53,864 nucleotides of DNA from the IMG/VR virus record IMGVR_UViG_3300045988_098128, positions 1 through 53,864 of that record. The stretch is one strand, 5' to 3'. Below, in pieces: positions 49,567 through 53,864 of this stretch. The notes under the pieces were generated by a model. That model saw nothing but the letters and a program-made list of their open reading frames with translations. It did not search any database and was not told the origin of the DNA. This DNA is from a virus. Within the stretch, counting starts at the first letter, position 1, and the number at the start of each line of letters is the position of its first letter. The translations under genes were made by a program, and so were the position numbers.

Positions 49567-49611
49567 TATGGATATACCAAAATTATTAACAGTTAACAAA
49601 GGAGCAAAACA

Positions 49612-50082
49612 ATGGTTTACGAATGGAAAGAAGCGGCGCAGATTAAAGCGGACGCACAAAAAGCAGGAGAAATGTTAGAAAATTTGGAGAAGACTGTAGG
49701 GATTACTCCAAAGAATTTAGTCGAAGCAAACAGAGATGAATCAGCACCTCTGCACAATGAATTCGAGTGGAACGACACAAAAGCCGCCGAAAAATACCGC
49801 GAAACACAAGCAGGCTATATCATCCGCAACATATGTGTTGTGAGAGAAAGCGAAGAGAAACCGCCCGTCAGAGCGTTCTATTCCGTTACAACCGACGAAG
49901 AACGCAAATACGAAAGTCTGAATGTGATTATAAAAAGTGAGGACAAAACAAAGAAACTTCTTGAATCCGCATTAAGAGAACTTATCGCGTTCAAAGCGAA
50001 GTATTCAATGCTTTCCGAAATAGCGAATGTAATTAAAGCTATTGACGAAGTCCAGTGCGCAGAAGCGCAACGGAACAGATAA
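49612..50082 (+). CDS. hypothetical protein (156 aa)
   Basis: The RBS AAAGGAG lies upstream. Contains the motif SAPLHNEFEWNDTKAAEKYRETQAGYIIRNI. Confidence 0.6.
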   Translation: MVYEWKEAAQIKADAQKAGEMLENLEKTVGITPKNLVEANRDESAPLHNEFEWNDTKAAEKYRETQAGYIIRNICVVRESEEKPPVRAFYSVTTDEERKYESLNVIIKSEDKTKKLLESALRELIAFKAKYSMLSEIANVIKAIDEVQCAEAQRNR

Positions 50083-50404
50083 GCTACGACACGATTAGCA
50101 ACGGAATAGAAACGAATCGAGAAGAAACGCACCGCGCCGAAAAGGAATCGAATGGACAGGCGGCGAAAGGCACAGCAACGGAGAAGACAGGCGTCGCAGA
50201 GAGCGGCAATGGAATGGCGCTGAGACGCAACGATTGGCACAGCAACGGAAAGGCAACGTAAGGAATCGAGTCGCGACGAAAGGTGTAGCAACGGAACAGC
50301 AGTGCTAAGATACGCCACGGAATGGCACCGAATCGCTACGACAGGACCCGAAACGGAAAAGCAAAAATACCGCGCCGGCGGAATCCGGCAGAAAGGAAGA
50401 TAAT
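50083..50404 (+). repeat. T-poor purine-rich intergenic element R2 (322 nt)
   Basis: agcaacgga occurs at 50097, 50174, 50241 and 50287. gctacgaca occurs at 50083 and 50334. It shares words with R1. Confidence 0.7.
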
Positions 50405-51001
50405 ATGGCAAAGTTTAAAGTTGGGGATAGAGTTATTGTGGTAGTAGACGGGAATACGGTTCCACGTGGCACGACGGGTGTCATTAAATACTTTGGCAAA
50501 GACGCGGATAAAGGAAAAATAGATATAGCAATAGAACTTGACCGCCCAATATCGTACCACGACTGTGGAGGGAGAACCAAATACGGCTGCGGCTGGTGGG
50601 TAGCAGAAAGAGATATCGAACTCATAAAAACCGCAGAACCCGAATTTAAACTGATTATCACCTCAAAGGGCGATACCACTACGGCAAAGCTGATACACGG
50701 CGAAAGAACTGTAGTAAAAGAAGCAACCGTGACAAGATACAGCAAAGACGAATACAGCGAGAAAGCCGCCGTTGAAGCTGTTGTGAAGAAGATTTTCGGC
50801 GAGGACGAGAAAAAGAACGAAGCAAACAAGCCGTACACTGGCAAGGCTGTGTGGATATGCGACAACGAGAGCGTTTATACAAAAGGCAAAATATATGAAT
50901 TTGTTGACGGCAAATTCAAACACGATTTAGGATTTACAGTTGTCGGATACACCCTCGAAAAAATGAAACGGCTCGGCTGCTTTCTCCCGATAGTGGAATG
51001 A
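50405..51001 (+). CDS. hypothetical protein (198 aa)
   Basis: The RBS GAAAGGAAG lies upstream. Confidence 0.6.
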   Translation: MAKFKVGDRVIVVVDGNTVPRGTTGVIKYFGKDADKGKIDIAIELDRPISYHDCGGRTKYGCGWWVAERDIELIKTAEPEFKLIITSKGDTTTAKLIHGERTVVKEATVTRYSKDEYSEKAAVEAVVKKIFGEDEKKNEANKPYTGKAVWICDNESVYTKGKIYEFVDGKFKHDLGFTVVGYTLEKMKRLGCFLPIVE

Positions 51002-51016
51002 TGGAGGACGAATGAA

Positions 51017-51313
51017 ATGTCGATGAGAGATTACGAAGACCTCAAAGATATAGAGATTCCGCGCAAACAAGAAATGATGATGGATATCATGTGCAAAGCG
51101 TGGGAAGAATGCCGAGAATTGCATTGCGCACACTGCCAGGACAGACCGAAAAAGTATATGCGCATGATGGAGTGTACCGCGCTAAAGTATGCGCGACTGC
51201 TTTACGAAGCAGGATTGACATACACCGAAGAAGACGTGCGCTACGCATACAACGACGGTTACGCTTGCGGAATGGAACAAGGTATAGAAGCAGAAAGGAG
51301 CAGAAAAGGATGA
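51017..51313 (+). CDS. hypothetical protein (98 aa)
   Basis: ORF within the operon. Confidence 0.55.
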   Translation: MSMRDYEDLKDIEIPRKQEMMMDIMCKAWEECRELHCAHCQDRPKKYMRMMECTALKYARLLYEAGLTYTEEDVRYAYNDGYACGMEQGIEAERSRKG

Positions 51314-52041
51314 ATAACTACGAAGAAGAATACTTTGAAGATGAAAATGACCTTGAAGAAGAGCATTTTGGAGATTTTGTAGATTTTTGGGACGATACGC
51401 CCGAATTTGATGAACAGATAGAGGAATTTAAAACTGCGCTTAGAGCGGATGTCAAGCGTGAAATCAAGGAACTTATAGAAAGGCTCCAAAAGGAACTCGA
51501 CGAGCTGAAAGACTATAAAGCATGCAAAAACGAAATCGAAGCCGGATACCGTAATGCAGTAGCGAAGTTAAAAAAAGCCGAATTGGAACTCGAAGACAAG
51601 TACCGCAACAAGAAAGCGCAGGAAATACTTGCTGAATGCTGTACGGTAGGATGGAAAGCGGCATGGCGATACGACGAACCGAAAGAAAAATGCGACAAGT
51701 GCGATGAGGACGGATATATCACGTTTTACTCTCCGCAAGGCACGAAATACCGTGAACAGTGCAAATGCCGCCATAAAGACGTGATATATTACCCTGCCGA
51801 GACAAGACTTGCGCGTATTTACGCAAGCAAATCGCCTGAAACAGTACAGTTTTACTACGACAAGGTACGGGGAGACGGTCAGAGTTACAGCGATTATGTG
51901 CGCTGTTACGTAGTGCGCAGCAGCGATTTCAAACCCGAAAAAATAGATAGTTATGATTATTGTGTAACGGTATTTGCCAACAAAGAGGACTGCGAAAAAT
52001 ACTGCGAATGGCTTAACAATAAGGAGAAAAACAATGAATAA
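51310..52041 (+). CDS. acidic coiled-coil protein with C-terminal zinc-finger-like motif
   Basis: Track ORF trimmed to the ATG at 51310 (ATGA overlap). Contains KCDKCDEDGY...CKC. Confidence 0.6.
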   Translation: MNNYEEEYFEDENDLEEEHFGDFVDFWDDTPEFDEQIEEFKTALRADVKREIKELIERLQKELDELKDYKACKNEIEAGYRNAVAKLKKAELELEDKYRNKKAQEILAECCTVGWKAAWRYDEPKEKCDKCDEDGYITFYSPQGTKYREQCKCRHKDVIYYPAETRLARIYASKSPETVQFYYDKVRGDGQSYSDYVRCYVVRSSDFKPEKIDSYDYCVTVFANKEDCEKYCEWLNNKEKNNE

Positions 52042-52246
52042 CTTTATCGAACTGCACAGACACGACGGCGTACTCGTGCTGATTAACACGCGGCATATAT
52101 CGGCAGTGACACCGAGTGAGCGAACTACTACAATTTTTTTAGATATAACAGAAGACTCTTATGTCACCGCCATCGAATCCTACGAAGAAGTAAAGCGGCT
52201 GCTCGCGGCGGTCGAGTATGTGTACAAGGAGGAAGAGAATGACTGA
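52034..52246 (+). CDS. hypothetical protein (70 aa)
   Basis: The ATG at 52034 follows GGAGAAAAAC. Confidence 0.5.
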   Translation: MNNFIELHRHDGVLVLINTRHISAVTPSERTTTIFLDITEDSYVTAIESYEEVKRLLAAVEYVYKEEEND

Positions 52247-52562
52247 TTGGATTAGCGTAAAAGACAAAATGCCCGAAGTAGAAGAAAGAGTGCTCTTGCA
52301 CACAGTAAATGATGTGGGCGACAAAAAGTTTTATCACATTACAATAGGTATGTACGAGGACGGCACTGTCAACGCGGAATACAGCAAATATTCGTGGGAT
52401 GAGAGCGCATATGACAGTGTAATTGATTATGACGAGGAAATGGATGCGGACTTTGTGTGTAAGGGATGGTGGGAGATGGGCGAGTATTCTGAAAAAGTCG
52501 CTTGGATTGATGATGAAGTTATAGGGTGGTTGCCGTTGCCGTCAGATCCACAGGAGGAATAG
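52239..52562 (+). CDS. DUF551-like protein
   Basis: The N-terminus MTDWISVKDKMPE is typical of DUF551. The RBS AAGGAGGAAG lies upstream. Confidence 0.6.
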   Translation: MTDWISVKDKMPEVEERVLLHTVNDVGDKKFYHITIGMYEDGTVNAEYSKYSWDESAYDSVIDYDEEMDADFVCKGWWEMGEYSEKVAWIDDEVIGWLPLPSDPQEE

Positions 52563-52563
52563 A

Positions 52564-52908
52564 ATGGATGAATTTCGCAAGGAAACAACACCACGCGCAA
52601 GGAAAGAGCATAAATGCGACCTGTGTCACGGGACAATACCAAAAGGCGAAAGATATGTGCATATTACACAGTCAGACAGCGGAGATATCTTCGACTACAA
52701 ATATCATATAGGTTGCAATAATCTAGTAGACCGATATGTGAGAAATGAGGGCGGTTATGTTGACGATTTTAAAGAGTATGACGTAATCGATGATATATTT
52801 GACAGAGTTTGCTTTGACTGTATTCACAGAGCAGGATGTGAGATACCGCACACGAGATATTGCGAAATCGCCACTTGCCCACACGTTGTCGAGAGGTATT
52901 TGAAATGA
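52564..52908 (+). CDS. hypothetical Cys/His-rich protein
   Basis: Contains CDLCHG...HIGC...CFDCIH...C. Confidence 0.55.
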   Translation: MDEFRKETTPRARKEHKCDLCHGTIPKGERYVHITQSDSGDIFDYKYHIGCNNLVDRYVRNEGGYVDDFKEYDVIDDIFDRVCFDCIHRAGCEIPHTRYCEIATCPHVVERYLK

Positions 52909-53369
52909 ATTACAAACGCTACTGGGAGCAAAACAGGACTCGCCGACCATTCCCGCCATTATATGAAGCCGCAAAAGTATACGGGAACGAGATATATTAT
53001 CCAGCACCCAAATATGTTAAATCAGGCTTATGCAAATGGTGTGGGAATCCGATCATAAACAAGCGTAGGAAATCATTTTGCTGTGATGAATGCCGAGATG
53101 AATTTGAACGAATGACAGTGTGGAATCGTGGCAGAGACGCATATTCTTTGCGGATTCTATACCGCGACAATTTCACTTGTCAGGACTGCGGAGAATTTCA
53201 CGCGCGCAAAAACGAATACGGTATTTTCGTCCCGATAGATGACGGAAAACTAAACGTACATCATATAGTGCCAGTATCAGAAGGCGGCGGCGATGAACCA
53301 TCAAACCTTGTCACACTGTGCATCGACTGCCATCTCAAAAGGCACGGAAAGGTAAAACATGACACGTAA
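52905..53369 (+). CDS. HNH endonuclease
   Basis: Contains HHIVPVSEGGGDEPSNLVTLCIDCHLKRH. The ATG at 52905 gives an ATGA overlap. Confidence 0.8.
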   Translation: MNYKRYWEQNRTRRPFPPLYEAAKVYGNEIYYPAPKYVKSGLCKWCGNPIINKRRKSFCCDECRDEFERMTVWNRGRDAYSLRILYRDNFTCQDCGEFHARKNEYGIFVPIDDGKLNVHHIVPVSEGGGDEPSNLVTLCIDCHLKRHGKVKHDT

Positions 53370-53592
53370 AAGATATATCAAGTTGCTCATGGGGCGTCAA
53401 GGTTATAGCCGCAACGAGGCGCGAGAGGATGCAAAAATCTTTATGAATTATCATGAGACTATGGCTAAATACCATAGACAAGCAGTCGGTTATCATACAA
53501 GATACCGTCTTAGGTTTTGCAAAGACGAGATTTTAATGCGTTTGGCTCAAATAATGGAGATTTTGGCAAATGAAGAAGAAAAGATTCGTTAA
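53359..53592 (+). CDS. hypothetical protein, tandem paralog 1
   Basis: MTRKRYIKLLMGRQGYSRNEAREDA compared with MKKKRFVKLLMGKFRYPRNKARVYA in the next ORF. Confidence 0.55.
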   Translation: MTRKRYIKLLMGRQGYSRNEAREDAKIFMNYHETMAKYHRQAVGYHTRYRLRFCKDEILMRLAQIMEILANEEEKIR

Positions 53593-53845
53593 ATTACTCA
53601 TGGGGAAATTCCGCTATCCCCGAAACAAGGCGAGAGTTTACGCCGATGATATTGTTAGATGGCGTGAAAAAGCAAACATCAACAACGCCATATGGAAAAG
53701 CGAGGGAGACTTTATGCGGGAAATGCCGCCGACATATTCAGGATATTTCGCTTACTTTCAGATAAACGAGCTGGCAAAAGATTTTGCGGAAAGCCTTGTC
53801 GCAAACAACGGAGGAAACAAATGGAACAGTATAACGAAATTCTAA
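53570..53845 (+). CDS. hypothetical protein, tandem paralog 2
   Basis: See the previous entry. It ends inside the terminal repeat. Confidence 0.55.
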   Translation: MKKKRFVKLLMGKFRYPRNKARVYADDIVRWREKANINNAIWKSEGDFMREMPPTYSGYFAYFQINELAKDFAESLVANNGGNKWNSITKF

Positions 53846-53864
53846 AGCTGAAAACGATGCTCGA
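53810..53864. repeat. Terminal direct repeat, copy 2 (identical to 1-55)
   Basis: Exact 55-bp identity with the start of the window. Confidence 0.95.

Larger units (their letters stand above)
1..53864. mobile_element. Complete circularly closed tailed-phage genome carrying a plasmid replicon (putative phage-plasmid); unit length 53809 bp
   Basis: The two ends share an exact 55-bp identity. A full packaging-head-tail-lysis module lies on the minus strand. An early/replication module lies on the plus strand and crosses the junction. A Rep_3-like initiator with iterons is present, and no ORF shows integrase or recombinase motifs. Confidence 0.8.

Noticed and set aside
49389-49580. A 63-aa minus-strand ORF, and the 240-aa ORF 48937..49659, reading as Pro-rich pentapeptide-like repeats.
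   Set aside because: The repeat period is 5 nt, not 15, so every frame shows pseudo-pentapeptide periodicity. There is no RBS, and the ORFs run antisense to a well-supported operon. They are an artefact of the nucleotide array.
49878-50411. A 177-aa minus-strand ORF, the similar 37273..37722 (149 aa), and the plus-strand ORFs 50055..50261 and 37462..37683.
   Set aside because: They lie over the T-poor elements R1 and R2. On the plus strand, stop codons are rare because T is rare. On the minus strand they are rare because A is rare. There are no RBSs, and the composition is Ser/Arg/Cys/Phe junk.
51568-52089. A 173-aa minus-strand ORF.
   Set aside because: It runs antisense to the acidic coiled-coil gene 51310..52041, and its composition is hydrophobic junk.
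1-53864. Integrase/attP, diversity-generating retroelement, retron, or a known defence-system signature.
   Set aside because: No ORF shows recombinase, reverse transcriptase, or typical defence ATPase/nuclease operon motifs by eye. This negative result needs profile-HMM confirmation.

Overview
The first 55 bases are identical to the last 55 (1-55 = 53810-53864), so the window is one circularly closed replicon of 53,809 bp. It reads as a complete tailed-phage genome from a Firmicutes-type host, judging by GGAGG ribosome-binding sites and TTGACA-17-TATAAT promoters. It also carries a plasmid theta replicon, and no integrase or other recombinase ORF is recognisable, so I interpret it as a phage-plasmid.

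Layout:
- Plus strand, 41.1 kb through the junction to 3.5 kb: early and replication operon. It holds a PD-(D/E)XK exonuclease, a RecT-like annealase, an ERCC4 nuclease, a replisome organizer, a DnaC-like loader, dUTPase, HNH, RusA, SSB and many small Cys-rich ORFs.
- 3.5-6.6 kb: about 1 kb with no long ORF that contains a promoter-to-terminator structured RNA candidate, followed by a Rep_3 initiator, an HTH partner, five iterons and an AT-rich region.
- Minus strand, 32.6 to 9.5 kb: the late operon. Order is TerS, an RNase H-like ORF, TerL, portal, head morphogenesis, scaffold, capsid, connectors, tail tube, frameshifted chaperone, tape measure, a large Fn3 tail protein, fibres, an M23 endolysin, two holins and a small sigma region-4-like protein.
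- 9.4-6.66 kb: a five-gene block of odd low-complexity Cys/Gly/Asn/Arg-Asp-rich proteins, separated by hairpins.
- 32.8-39.6 kb: an accessory island with an RHH regulator and palindromic operators, unknown proteins, a lipoprotein and a secreted protein.
- 39.6-40.6 kb: a repeat-dense non-coding kilobase next to a CI-like repressor and divergent promoters.

The features I consider most worth a second look are:
- the roughly 385-nt ncRNA candidate with two tRNA-like minihelices;
- a roughly 170-bp array with strict 5-nt GGNNN periodicity;
- a family of T-poor, purine-rich 5' leader-like elements;
- two diverged paralogs with a RAMP-like glycine loop that lie next to those elements;
- an SSB C-terminal tip grafted onto an unrelated protein by a 71-bp duplication;
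- an SSB whose conserved N-terminus lies upstream of any canonical start codon;
- the cargo block downstream of the lysis genes.

All family assignments come from motif recognition by eye. No database search was run.
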